The notes under the pieces are model-generated. The model saw only the letters and a list, made by a program, of their open reading frames with translations. It searched no databases and was not told the origin of the DNA. Of a stretch of 64,000 nt of DNA, positions 27,720 through 40,400 are shown piece after piece. This DNA is from Cyanophora paradoxa CCMP329 (lineage: Eukaryota; Plantae; Glaucophyta): NCBI GenBank assembly GCA_004431415.1, contig QPMI01000125.1:1-64000 (forward strand), read 5' to 3'. The position numbers and the translations under genes were made by a program. Position 1 is the first letter of the stretch; each line of letters begins with the position of its first letter.

Positions 27720-29310
27720 TACGTATTTCGCGCGCCTGTTTCGAGCGATTTCCGTCTTCATGAAGGTGCACGCTCGTTTCTCGGCCTGCTAGAAATTCTT
27801 TTTTTTCCCAGTAACATGAAATGAACATTGATATTTGAGCTGTAGTGCATGACTGTGCATCCCGTTCATATTGGGAATTATTCATCCGCGGCCATCGCTA
27901 ATAGGAGCCGCCGTTCCCAATGGCTGACCGGAGCCTCTTCTGGACGGCGCAGGCGAGAGGGAGAAGGCGGCTCAGTGCTTCGAAGAGTCCATCTCGCTCT
28001 TTCAGGTTCGCAAACAGATCCGACACCCTCTGATCCCTGAATTCTTTAATCTAAATCAATCTTTCTTCGTAGGGTCGCTTTCCCCTATGCTTCTCTGACG
28101 CCCACCCGCGGATCGTCTCGACGCGACTCTTGCTCGGTGTCGCGCGCGGTAGTCGACGTCTTCACCCCTCCTCCATGTCCTCCATCGCGCACTAGGCTGC
28201 AGTAGGTAGGGTTCTTGTCTAAACTTCAGCTTCAATTGCATTAGATTATGAACTATTTTCGACGCATTCGATTGCATTATCATTACTGGGGCGATTTCTC
28301 AAGTACTAGTGGCCCGGCCGCGATTTTCGCGCCGGGGGTGCAAGGGGGGAACCGGGATCTAATGAAAGAGTCCTAGTGGCACGCACATGCGCAGAGTCCT
28401 CCCCTCGGGGTCGCGCGAAGCGCGCGACCCCTCGGCTCGGTCACGCGTGCTCGGCTGCGGGCGGCGGCACAGCTAGGCAGCGGCGCAAGCGGTTTTGCGG
28501 TGCAAGCTCAAGCACGAGTGCCGGGCAGCGTGCTCGGCTGCGGGCAGCGGCGCGTGCTCGGTAGGCGGTGCTGCGGTGCAAGCTTGATGCACTGCGGCAG
28601 TGAAAAGTAGTCCAGGCGGCACGGGTACCGTGCGGCGTACGCGGCGCAGTGCGAGGAAGCGGAAATCTAGAGGAGACAGCTGGGGAGAAGTGGGTCCATG
28701 CCATGATGCAGAACCGCGCAAGGAACTTCGGAAGAGCCCGGAGTGAGAGAGAAGTTGGTTTTCCCCTCCAGAACCACTTTTCGCGAGTTCGAGCTCGAGA
28801 GAGCTCTCGCGAGCGCTAGCTCGAACAGACGAGAGCAGAGCTGTCGAGAGAGAAAACTGGTCTTCCCCCCGAAAACCGCTTTTTGCAATTGCATGGACGC
28901 CCGCAGCGACAAACACGTGTCGCAACCCAATTTCGACTCATTTTTGTTGCAGACTGGCCCTCGAAAACGGCCTCATAGAAAAACTTTTGGCTGAAGCGAG
29001 GGAACGGGAAGCAAGCTGGGAGAAGCCCTTCGGTCTTCGTCCCCCCTTGCAATTTAGAGTTCTTGTCCTTATGTAAATAGCAGACATTCGACCGGAGTCG
29101 ATCGCGACAAGCTGCTATGCAAACGCGCGTAGAGACTGAACGCTACCTTTCAGATTTCGACGCGCGCGCCTATATCTTGTTTGATTGAATCCGATTGTAA
29201 TCGATATGTAATCGCGCCCGCGGGGAATATCACGATCATCGATATGTAATCGCGCCCGCGGGGAAAAGTTGCCAGCTGCTACAACTGACGATCTGAGCGC
29301 CCTGCTGCGC
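27720..29310 (+). repeat. Segmental duplication, copy B, interrupted by a Helitron-type insertion
   Basis: Colinear with 13500-14460 apart from the 28306-29052 insert and small indels. Confidence 0.9.
28306..29052 (-). mobile_element. Non-autonomous Helitron/Helentron-type element, copy 1 (747 bp)
   Basis: On the minus strand it starts TTGCAAGGGGGG and ends with a ccggcgcg-aaaat-cgcggccgg hairpin followed by ...CACTAG. It is inserted between A and T with no TSD; the empty site caagta|tgtaga is at ~14188. There is a subterminal inverted repeat tgcaagggggg/ccccccttgca. Confidence 0.8.
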
Positions 29311-29990
29311 AAGGTAGATGGGTACGGTTCATAGGTCAGCTTCGAATTCTGTTCATAAAATCGGCCTTGGGAAAAGGAGAGGCCCTTAGGTTGGGTCCTG
29401 GCATACTAGGTCTTCGGCTCGTTTTTTTTGGGGTAACACACTTAAGCTTGACAACAGTCCCCCGCTCCGCGCCTACCGGATACTGGGAAGCCAAGCTACA
29501 CCGAGGAAAAAGGGCGAACTCTGTTCCACAGCTTGTTGTCGTAGTCGAGCTGTTGCTGAAGCTGTAGCCGCCAGGTCACCCCCAGCACATAATATGCGCC
29601 GGTCCGCAAATAGGAGGCGTGGGCACGCTGAGCTACACGGTCCTAGATGCCTTCTTGCTGGCTCTAAAACGTGGCCGTGGGACGCACTAGGTTTTCGACT
29701 CGCCCCCGACCCCTGCTCGTCTCAGGGTGTGCAAGGTGGGGTCTATAGCTAAACAAACAAAGACGGCAGCTACAGGCTGCAGCTAGCGCTCGCTAGGCGT
29801 AGGCCTGGGCTCGAGGCCGCCAGGATAATCGAAATAAACATCGAAAAAGAACAAAAAGGCCCGGCCCACGCGTCCGCCGCCCGCGGCCCGCCGCGCCTTC
29901 GCCCTACCCGGTGAGCCGAGCCACCGCCCCGCCCAGCGAGCCCCGCGGCCCCCGCCGCCGTCCGCCGTCCGGAGTTGCCAACTTGCCATA

Positions 29991-30050
29991 CTAAGTTATA
30001 ACTTATTACTTAAGACGCAAGCGGACACTTGCGAAAAAAATCGGGTTAAC
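29991..30050 (+). mobile_element. Additional left TIR of the same TA-flanked family
   Basis: ta|ctaagttataacttattacttaagacgcaagcggacac...aaaaaaa matches the end at 32739. Confidence 0.7.
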
Positions 30051-31146
30051 ACGGCCGGCTGAGCTTGCAGTCTCGATTCAGTTCCCCGTTTTGTCGCACC
30101 CAATATGAACCCTCATGTGCGAACACGTCGAGTGTCGACATCGATATCGGCGTAGACCCGACTCACCCCGACAGCTGCCGCAGCCACTAGCTGCTGCAGC
30201 TGCATGCCAGCTGCAGCCTGCAGGCCTAGGTGGCATACTAAGTTCGAATCGGCCGCGGACCACAGACCACGGCGAGTCGACGTCGCGACTCGAGCTCGCG
30301 ACTCGCGAATTCAAATCTCCACAAAACGCTAGATTTACTAAGTTAATGTCGACGTCGACGTCGACTCGTCCCGCGGGCCGCGGCGTACGTGGATATCGAT
30401 CGACGAACGTAGTTACCCAAAATGACGTCGTTCCCCAAAACGCTAGATTTTTCAAGTTTGACATCGTTTGCAAACGGAAACTACGTGGTGGGCCACTGGT
30501 GGCCATGGCTTATCCGCGGATAACGGAACTTTTTTGAAAGTAACGGAAAATGGCGGATACTAGTAACGGAAAGTAACGGAAACACACCGTGACTGCAGTC
30601 TGCATGCAGCTAGCGCTGGACTAGTACGTATACTGCTGATGTAGGCTTTATAAGCAGGCTTAAAAAGCTTAAGTTAACGCAGCTACAGCCCGCACTACGT
30701 ATACGACATGCGCAGCCTGGCAGGCTGCAGAAGCGCAGCTGCAGCTGTCATGAACGTTGCGCTCCGAGAGGCTCAGCAACCGTGTACGCACTGCTCCTGC
30801 TGCATAGATAGCGTCTGTACACACGTACGTGGCTAGCGCTAGCATAGGCGCTTGTCTTGAAGGAGCACATCAGCAGGCGAAGCCAACGCAGCGCTCGGCT
30901 ATAGCTAGCGGAAGCAGCGAATATTTCGAAGCTTAAGGCTCGAGGCGCCCGCCTATTACTGATGAAATCGAAGTAGCGAGGCTATTTAAATTTGAAGACA
31001 AAGAAAGACCGCAGTGCCCTGAATTCGAAGTCTAGATCTGGCATTTTTTCTGAGATACTGCGAGTACGGGTATATATCGCGTTTCAAATGCATGCATGTT
31101 TAATTTCACGCACAGACAGAGACTCAGCTGCAGCTGGAATTATTAA

Positions 31147-31182
31147 ATGGGGGGGTGCGGGGGGGCTTGCCCCCCTGCTTGT
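31147..31182 (+). repeat. 36-bp G-rich hairpin repeat (other copies at 34410-34446 on minus and 36481-36516 on plus)
   Basis: atgggggggtgcgggggggcttgcccccctgcttgt occurs three times and contains a GGGGGGC-TT-GCCCCCC stem-loop. Confidence 0.85.
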
Positions 31183-32000
31183 TGCAACTTGCCAACTTAT
31201 GCCATCTGTTCGGTTCGGCCCGATTAAACTAGGGGGAGCGGTTGGCGAGAGACCGAAGCGCTTAACACGAGCTAGTACGCATCTTAATGCATATCTAATG
31301 CTCAGTCTCTCGCGGACGCGGTACAAAATTTTCCTAGATGTATGGCCATATGCATACAAAGGCGACGAGGAAAAGGCCAGTTTCGCGGCGAGCTAGCCGA
31401 GCTAGCAGTGCGCCCGGCCGGCGTCTTATTGCCCCAGCGTTCGAGTCCCGGGAAGGGCAGTTGGGGGGAGCGGGGGGGCCTGGGCGGGCCTTGAGCTGCC
31501 TTGAGCTGAGCTGAAGAGGGGGCCGGGGCGCAGCGACCTCCGAGGCCAACTTTCGCGCGGCGAGGTTCTGGCGGGAGACCAAAAATGTTTTTCATCTCGG
31601 CTGATCTAAAATACACTTCCTACCTGCCCGGTCTCCCGCCAGTCACTCGCTGTGCTCCGCTTTAATTTCGGCTGGACTTGTATGGCAAGTTGCGAAAGCT
31701 CGAAACTCGAGTCGATTAGGAAAACAAACGAGCTGAGTGGCCAATTTGCCCGACGGTCCACCCAGTAAGCACCGAGAGTCCGAGAGATTGGCGACTCAGT
31801 GGCGAGAACTCGAATGAGTCGAATTTTTCTCGAAGGCTCGAAAACTCGAACTCGGCAATTTAATGACTCGCTGACTGAGCCGCCTGAGTCGGCAGTTTCG
31901 GCAATGCAACGACTCGCCGACGTCTGGCTCCGAGTGGCTCGGCCTGACTCATGATCAGTAAGGCCGGCTGACTCATGTCACGCACGGACCCCCGTACGTA

Positions 32001-32699
32001 CTAGTGGCCCGGCCGCGATTTTCGCGCCGGGGGTGCAAGGGGGGAACCGGGATCTAATGAAAGAGTCCTAGTACACGCACGCACATGCGCAGAGTCCTCC
32101 CCTCGGGGTCGCGCGAAGCGCGCGACCCCTCGGCTCGGTCACGCGTGCTCGGCTGCGGGCAGCGGCACAGCTAGGCAGCGGCGCAAGCGGTTTTGCGGTG
32201 CAAGCTCAAGCACGAGTGCCGGGCAGCGTGCTCGGCTGCGCATGCGGGCAGCGGCGCGTGCTCGGTAGGCGGTGCTGCGGTGCAAGCTTGATGCACTGCG
32301 GCAGTGAAAAGTAGTCCAGGCGGCACGGGTACCGTGCGGCGTACGGCGCAGTGCGAGGAAGCGGAAATGTAGAGGAGACAGCTAGGGAGAAGTGGTTCCA
32401 TGCAGAACCGCGCAAGGAAGAGCCCGGAGTGAGAGAGAAGTTGGTTTTCCCCTCGAAAACCACTTTTCGCGAGTTCGAGAGCAGAGCTGTCGAGAGAGAA
32501 AACTGGTCTTCCCCCCGAAAACCGCTTTTTGCAATTGCATGGACGCCCGCAGCGACAAACACGTGTCGCAACCCAATTTCGACTCATTTTTGTTGCAGAC
32601 TGGCCCTCGAAAACGGCCTCATAGAAAAAATTTTGGCTGAAGCGAGGGAACGGGAAGCAAGCTGGGAGAAGCCCTTCGGTCTTCTTTCCCCCCTTGCAA
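32001..32699 (-). mobile_element. Non-autonomous Helitron/Helentron-type element, copy 2 (~699 bp)
   Basis: Near-identical to 28306-29052 with the same termini (ctagtggcccggccgcg... to ...ccccttgcaa). Confidence 0.8.
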
Positions 32700-33671
32700 C
32701 TAGTAGGTACCGGTATTGACAGTGATGAGTCTCTAATACTAAGTTATAACTTATTACTTATGACGCATGCGGACACCCGTAAAAAAACTCAGTCTTCACG
32801 GGACGGCCGAGCCAAACTTTTTTGAAAAATCCTCGGTAGTTTGATTGAGGTCAGAAAACTTACCTTAGGGTTGTGTCAACGCATATGAGAACACAGTGTG
32901 GCATAACGTAAATTACATCACAATCACAAATTAAATTTTGACTTCAGATTTACAATTAGGTACCGCGTTTATTCTCGAAAATCTGCTGCGATAACGCCAG
33001 ACACATTACCCCAAGTGAAACTGAACTCAAAATGTCAGCACGTTAATTTAATTAAAAACCGCAATTTTAATTTTGCCCAGCCGCGCGCGGATCGAAATCG
33101 ATCGATCGAAAACCGGTTCCAGTTTGGGTTTTAAAGAAATTTAATGCATGCCACATGGATTCGCAGTCGTAGTGCGCGCCAAATGCGTGCGGAGTCACTG
33201 CGGACCCGGGACGCGATCGTAGTACTACGGTACCGTAGTACGTGCTACTACGTGGTACTACGTGCACGTGCTCGCAAATTGAGCCGATCGCGACGTACGT
33301 CGCAATCGCGAGCCCGGGCCGCGACGTCGACTTTGACTAGGACTCTTTCAGTGAGCTGTCGGGCAACTTCTATAAAACAAATTAAAATCGAATCGATCCG
33401 ATCGACGGTCCGGTACCCCTCGGCCTTCGCCAGTACCAGACTACTACTACCGGTTCGATCCGATCGGACGTACCGGATTTTCCTTCACTCAGGTTGACGT
33501 GTCACAGTGTACATGTGTCACCGCGGGTACCGCGGCCGGTAGCGCCGCGCGCGCAGCGGCGCGCTGCGGCGCGCGCTGGCCGTGGCCGCCGCCAGTGCCC
33601 GCCACGCGGCGCCGTCGACGTCACGGCGTGGCGCGAGCCGCGCGACTGTCGCGTGAGTCGAGTTTTTCCCA

Positions 33672-35316
33672 GCAGTTTAAGCTGGCCAGTGGCGTGCATG
33701 GAAAGTGGCAGACAACGCCGTCACAACGGAAGTAACGGAAAGTGGCGGATAATTATAACGGACGTTTCCGGAAAGTAACGGACAGCTTATATTAATTAAG
33801 TGGCGGATAGCGAAAAGTAACGGAAAGTAACCGAAACACACTGCAGTCTAGCTGCAGGCCCGCTGATCATGATTCATGAGCAGCAGCAGCAGCTGTCGGT
33901 GCTGCAGTTGCGCTTAGCAACCGCGTACATACTAGTGCTGCTGCGCATGTAGCTAGCGCTGCTGCGCATGCTTAAGCTTGTGCAGACGACGGAGCACTGC
34001 GGCGCATCGATATCAGCAGGTGAATTCGAATTCGAAGTCAACGCACGCGAAAGCAGTGATCCTGATTTTGTCGAAGCCGCTGCTTATGAGCACCCGCTCC
34101 GGATCATGAAGTGCCCGGCGGCCGCGACCGTATATTTGAAGACGAAGCCGAGGAAGATTATTCGAATTCTTTTGTCCTGAAAACGTCCGGCGTTCTGGCA
34201 AACTGCGCAAGATTCGAAATATATAATAGCTAATTGTAACAGTTCCGATCTATAGCTAGATCTTCCGAAGCTCCGCTTCCGAAGCTCAAGATCTGAGAGT
34301 CTAGATCGAGGTCGGCGCGGCCGACGCGACGCGTATGGCGCTGACGTCAACGCTGCGCGTTTCTCGATTGGATTGAAGTTCAGCTGCAGCTGCAGATCTA
34401 GATCTACGTACAAGCAGGGGGGCAAGCCCCCCCGCACCCCCCCCATTTATTGAACTTGTATAATCTGCAATGTCAATGAATCGCAAATCTCGCAATTTCG
34501 CGAACGCGTACGTGAATCGCAGGGCTTCTCCAGTACTAGTCTCTGTGTGTGAAGTCTCTGTGTGAACGTGAATCGCGCCGCGGCACCATGAATTGTAATC
34601 GCGATATTCGCACTGCTGTCTCTGGTGGGCAGGTGCCACGGTGCGTTAATTATAATTTGCGCATGCGCTCTCATCGGAGCATGATTATAATTAATAACTG
34701 CACGTGCACATGTTGGACGCCGGCCTCGTCATTGATATATATCGTCACTATCGTGGCAGTCTGCCAGACATTCTCGTGGCAAAAGAATAATCACGATCCT
34801 AGGGCTCATGATCAGCTTCGTCTTCAAATTGCTACAGCCGCGCTACTTCGAATTCAGGGAAGCGGGCGCTTCGCTCGAAAACTAGATTACTAGCAGCATG
34901 CGCAGCCCGTTCACGTGCACAGATCTAGAAGGTCCGGTGCAGCATGCGCAGTTGCAGCACCCAGTGCCTGTACATGTGTGTACGCGGTTGTTCAGCCAAC
35001 GACAGCTGCAAGCTGTAGCTGCTGTACAGCCCGTACGTATACTACGCCCGCGGTATATACGTAGTACGCCCCCGGCCATATGCATGCACGAATTCGAATG
35101 CAGCTGCAGCCTACAGGCTACAGCCTACAGCCTGAGGCTACAGGCTACAGCTTATACCAGTGATTACTTGCCGGCGTTTCCGTTACTTTCCGTTAACGTT
35201 ATCCGCCACCTTCCGTTACTTTCGGTTATCCACCAGTGGCCGCCAGTGTCCGCCACTAGGACTTTCCGTGCACGTGCACACCAGTGACACCACTGGCCAG
35301 CTTAAAGCCTTGAACT
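33672..35316. mobile_element. Nested foldback/TIR element with AGTAACGGA subterminal repeats
   Basis: tttaagctggccagtgg (~33676) is inverted relative to ccactggccagcttaaa (~35290). There are clusters of agtaacggaa at 33730-33835 and of the reverse complement ttccgttact at 35178-35230. A diverged left part lies at ~30490-30590. Confidence 0.6.
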
Positions 35317-35744
35317 GTTCGGAACTTCTTCGAAGTCGCAATTCCGGTACCTGGTACCGGACTCCGGGAGCAACTTCCGATGATAACAATGAACGTCATC
35401 GCCGACTCATCGGGATATTGGACCGATTCGTACCGCATCGCGTGAACTTGTGAAGGATTCGCGTCGCGATCGATTTCAACTTGGCAACGACCGATCGGAC
35501 GGATTCAGCCGCTGAGCTGGCCAGCTGGCCAGCGCCCGGGCGGCGCCGCTGCATGGCAGTGCATGCCGGCGCGCGCGGCCGCGTCGCCCGTTGCGGCGGT
35601 GCCAGCGCGCCGGCTGGCCATGGGCGGCGGGCGCGCGCGGGCGCGGCGCCGGCTGTGCGGCCGCCGCCGCCCGCCGGCCGGTTGTCACGTGCACAGTGTG
35701 GGCATGCGTGCGCTCACTGCTCATGATCAGCTGCGCTGCGCATG

Positions 35745-36285
35745 CGCGTTCACGTGGCAGCCCACTGGCAGGCGCCGCCAGGCGGTGACAGCGGTGTTTT
35801 ACTACTGGTCCGAACTCAAAGTGCCAATTGAGTATGAGGTCGGGAGTTTGAATAGGGGCTCCGTCGCGTACCGTAGACTCCGTAGTACGCTACTGCCAGC
35901 CTACTGGTACAGTGGTACGTATACTAGGCTAGTACGGGGCCTCTATCCTCAGTAACTACAGCCGCCTACTACGGGCCGCTGTGCGGCCGTCCGTGGCCGG
36001 GCTAGGCAGCTGCGCAGCCTGCAGCTGGCATGCTGCCAGGCTGTCTGGTTAACGTTGTGCCAGCCTCTGCCAGCCCAGCTAGTGCCAGGCTGCCAGCGCA
36101 AGCTTAAGTCAAGTGCGTTGGCCAACGCATGCGCAGTCACGCGCGTGCGCTGCGCGTTCACATGGCAGCCCACTGGCAGTCGCCGCCACTGGGCCAGGCC
36201 GCGACAGCGGTCTTCTACTACTGGTCCGTACTCAAAGTGCCAATTGAGTATGAGGTCGGGAGTTTGAATAGGGGCTCCGTCGCGT
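35745..36285 (+). repeat. ~125-bp direct repeat pair (35745-35870 and 36150-36285)
   Basis: Both copies share tggcagcccactggcag and actcaaagtgccaattgagtatgaggtcgggagtttgaataggggctccgtcgcgt. Confidence 0.85.
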
Positions 36286-36963
36286 TTTGGCTCGGCTGTT
36301 GCGTACTACTCGTGTTTTTTTACGTGTGTGCGCTTGCGTCATAAGTAATAAGTTATAACTTAGTATACATGCTTCGAATTCCAGATCGCGAAAAAATTCA
36401 TTACTGCGTGTAAGTTTCTTTCGAATTCGCGTGCGATCGCTATAGCTATGTCCGACGGTCATGATATCGATCATCAGTTAATGGGGGGGTGCGGGGGGGC
36501 TTGCCCCCCTGCTTGTTTAGAATACAAAATAATCCTCATTATTATAATCGTTATTGCCAACTTATTGGGGAAGGGAAATTGACGGCGAAGTGAAGTGGGG
36601 CAGATCTAGAGGAACAGACTCGGAAAATCGCGCATGCGATATTACCGGGAACATTAACAGTCTTTGGAGCCAGTGATGATGATTATTTCAGCGAGCGTTG
36701 GACTCAATAATCTCCTTCGAATTCGCTGCTCCCGGACTCCAGTCCCCCGAACCCGCTAGCGGTATTTGCCGCACCTTCGCCCCGCAGCGCAGGAGCTGAC
36801 GAGGAGGTTCTCTTGTGATCGCGAACAGCTCTTGCAGACAAAAGAAGGGAAGCAGAGAGAGGGCTGGGGATAGAGGCGAGTGCAGGCAGATGGAGGGGCG
36901 AGCGGATGAGGCTCAGCTCAAAGCTTAAAGGGCGGAGGCGGGGCGGGGCGGGACGGGGCGGGG

Positions 36964-37416
36964 CTAGTTGAGGGTGCCGCGGCAGCGGGCGGCGCCGCAG
37001 AGGCACGGGATCTTCTCATCCTCGATCGGGAACTTGTAGTCGTACCTGCGGCGCGGTCGGTCGGACCAGAGAGGGCGGGAGGAGGAGGGTGGGGGGGTGA
37101 GGGGGGGTGGGGGGGGGGGGGGGGGGACGGACGTGATCTCCTCGCCGACGGCGATGTCGCGCTTGGCGTAGATCACGATCTTCTTCGCGCCGTCCACCGT
37201 GATGATCTTCGCCACGCAGTTCGGCTGCGTGCCCGGCGCCGCAGCCGGCGCTCGTCAGGACGAGGATAGAGGGGGCGGTGGAGAAGGCGGGGCCGGGGGC
37301 ACGTCGCAGCAGTGGTTGATGAAGCGGGCGGTGTTGCCCTTCTTCGTGGCGTCCACGATGCTGTCCTCGTCGATGCGGAAGAGGTACGAGCTCCCGATGC
37401 CCACCTGCGCCCCGGT

Positions 37417-37447
<31 letters not shown>

Positions 37448-40400
37448 AGGGGGGGAGGGCGGCGCGCCTTCTCGTAGGCCTTCTCGCGCTCGTCGGCGAC
37501 CTTCTGGCGGATGACCTCCCCCACGTACTGCGCGAGGAGCGTCAGCGGGGAGCGCAACGCCTACAAGAGGGACGAGTCCATCTTATAAATAAATAATGAT
37601 GTATAGACTTGTCCATCCATCGTATGATGCGATTATTGTTATTTTGAGAGGGACAGAGGGCGCGCCTCGATGACCATGTCGTCGCGGGAGATCGCCTCCA
37701 GCGCGAAGAGCCCTGCGGGGGAGTTGGAGCAGGCGGGGCGCGGGGCGCGGGGTCGGTCGGTCCGACGGGGGACGGACCCCACTCGTGGATGGTCGAGCGC
37801 TCGAACTTGAGGCGCTTCTTCCGCGACTTGAGCTGTCGTTGGCGGTCGAGCGGAGCCCGGTCAGAGGGGCGGGGCGGGGCGGGGCGGGGCGGGGCGGGGT
37901 CGTCAGAAGTCTAGAGAAGAGGTTGGAAGTCTAGTCCAGTCTAGAGATCTCTCCGGGGCGGGCGGGGCGGACCGCGCTGAACTTGGCGGACTCGGTGTCG
38001 GCCGCCTCGGCAAAGCCGCCCGCCTGCCAGCGGCGCTCAGCGGGGGCCGTCCAGCGGGGCGGGGGGCGGGGCGGGGGCGGAGCGCGGGCGGGCGGGCGCG
38101 CCTGGCGGCGGTTCTGGACGCGCTGCGTGCGGGCCGACGCGGTGACGGAGCGGTCGATGTGGAGGGGCACCGAGGCGCTCCCGCTCGAGACGGCGGCCTT
38201 GGGCCCGACCCGCCGGCCCCGCCGAGGCCGCCGCCGGCCACCGCCGAGGCGAGGCGCGCGGCGTCGCGCAGGCGCGAGACGGTCCGGTAGCGCGCCTCCT
38301 TCTTCAGGCTCTGCCCCCGCCCGCCCGCCCGCCCCGGTCAGACGGAGGAAGCGGCGGCGGAGGCGCAGGTGGAGGCGGTGCGCACCCTGAAGGCCGTGTA
38401 GTCCTCGCAGCGGGCGCAGCCCGAAGGGTTGACCGGCAGCTCGGGCTCCGCTGACTCTGCCGCGGCGGCGGCGGCGGCGGCGGCAGCGGCCGCCGCCGCG
38501 AACTTCTGGCGGGAAAGGACCTCGGGGTCGACCAGGTTGCTGCCCAGGCGCCGGTCAGCCAGCGAAAGGGAGAAAGAAAGGGGGGGCGAGGAGGAGGGCG
38601 GGGCGGACAAGGAGGGCGCGGCGGGGGGCTCGTAGACGTCGGCCGCCTCGCGGAGTTCGCGGAGGACTTCGGCGCGCGAGAGGGGCGCCGGCGGGGGCAG
38701 CCCCGGGGCGGAGCCCTCGGCGAGCTCGATGGTCGCCTTGATCCGCTGGCCGGCGGCGGCGGCCGCCTTGCGGGGCCGCACGGCGAGGTCCGCCACGGCG
38801 CCGCCTGCGTTGAAGGCCGGGATGCGCGAGTTGAGCTTCTGCAGCTCCCGGTCCGCCTTCGCCGACCGGCTCTTCGCCGCCGGCAGCGACGGCGGCGGCG
38901 GCTCCGAGAGGGCGAGCGGCGGCGCCCGGGGCAGCGGGGGCGCCGGCGGGAGGGCGGGGGCGGGGCAGCGGGGGCGCCGGGGCAGGGGGCGGGCGGCTCG
39001 GGGGCCCGCGCCTTCTTGGCCGGCCGGCGGACCTCGACGGGGCCCACGCGGCGGGCGGGGGCCCCCGGGGCGGGCGCGGGGGCCTCCCTGGCCTTCCCGG
39101 CCGGCTGCTGCTTGCCCTCGTCGCCCCAGAGGGAGGAGAGGACGATGTCGGCGTCGGCGTCGCCGGCCTCCTCCTCGCCCTCGGCGGGGGCGCTGCGCGC
39201 GGGGCTGTAGCTCCGCTCCCCGCTGCTGATGCTCGACGACGAGCTCGAGCGCGCCGCGCGGCCCCGCTTCCGGCCCCGCCCGCCCCGCACCGCCTCCTCT
39301 TCCGACGACTCCTCCGACTCGCTGCTGCTTCTGCTGCTGCTCGCGGCGGCGGCGGAGGCGGCGCCCTCCGGCCCCGAGGCCTCGTCCTCCGAGCGCGCCG
39401 CCTGCCGCCGGACGCGCCGCCCCTCCGCCGCCTCCGCCTGCGCTTCCTCCTTCACGGCCGGCGCGGCCGGCGGCGAGGCCGAGGGGGCGGGGGCCGACGC
39501 CGGGCGGCGGCGGCGGGGGCGCGGCTCGAAGCCGGCCTTGACGGGGATGCGGCGCATGGCGGGCGGGGCGGGCCGCGCCGGCGCCGGCGCAGCCGCGCCC
39601 TCCTCCGCCATAGCCTCCCGGAAGCCCTCGGCAGCTGCACGCCCGCGATCGCCAACTCCGGCGCCTTCTGCTCCCCGGCGGGGCCTCCCGCCCGCGGCGG
39701 CCGCGGCGGATGCGGCGGCGGCGGCGGGGGCCTTTGCGGCGCGCTCGGCGGCCTGCGCCGCCTGCTGCTGCTCGCGACGATGGCGGCGAGGCCGGCGGCG
39801 GCGGCCGAGCCGGCGGCGGCCGCGACCGCCGCCGCGGCGGCCTCGCCGCCGGCCTCGGCGACGCGGGAGGACTGGGCGGCGAGCCAGCGCCGCAGCGTCT
39901 CGAAGATCGTCTGCTGCACCACCGTTCGCTGCACGTCCCTCACCACCTGCGCGGCGCGGTTTAAGTTTGAAATTCGAGAATGCCCTGCGCGGGCGAAAGA
40001 AAGACACAGGGCGGGGCGGGGCGCGCCTGCTCGCGGATCTTGTCGCGGAGGGCGGCGGCGGCCTTGCGCAGCTCCGGCTCGAGCTTGCCCTCCATCTCCC
40101 TGGCCTCCCGCAGCGCCCGCTCCTGCGCCGTCTCCCGCGGCCGCTGCTCCTCTCGTCTCGGCTCTCGCCTCCGGTCTCCGTCCGGCCCCGGCCCGCGCCC
40201 GGCGGCGGCGCGCCCGCGGCGGGGCGGATGCGGCGGGCCCCAGCGGCTGAGCTGCGGCCGCGGGCCCCGCCGCTGGCTCCTGGACCGCGAGCGCGAGCGG
40301 GACCGGGATCGGGACCGGGATCGGGATCGGGAGGACCGACCGCTGCGGCTGCGGCTGCTGCTCCTGCTCCGCCCGCGCTGCGGCTGCGGCTGCGGCTGCG

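Larger units (their letters stand above)
32739..36363. mobile_element. Non-autonomous TIR DNA transposon flanked by TA (Tc1/mariner-like target), ~3.6 kb, with nested repeats
   Basis: Left end ta|ctaagttataacttattacttatgacgca; right end tgcgtcataagtaataagttataacttag|ta (29-bp perfect TIR, longer if imperfect). No transposase ORF recognised. Confidence 0.75.

Noticed and set aside
37560-37660. Intronic snoRNA in SET1
   Set aside because: No properly placed C (RUGAUGA) and D (CUGA) boxes, and no convincing H/ACA structure, on the sense strand.
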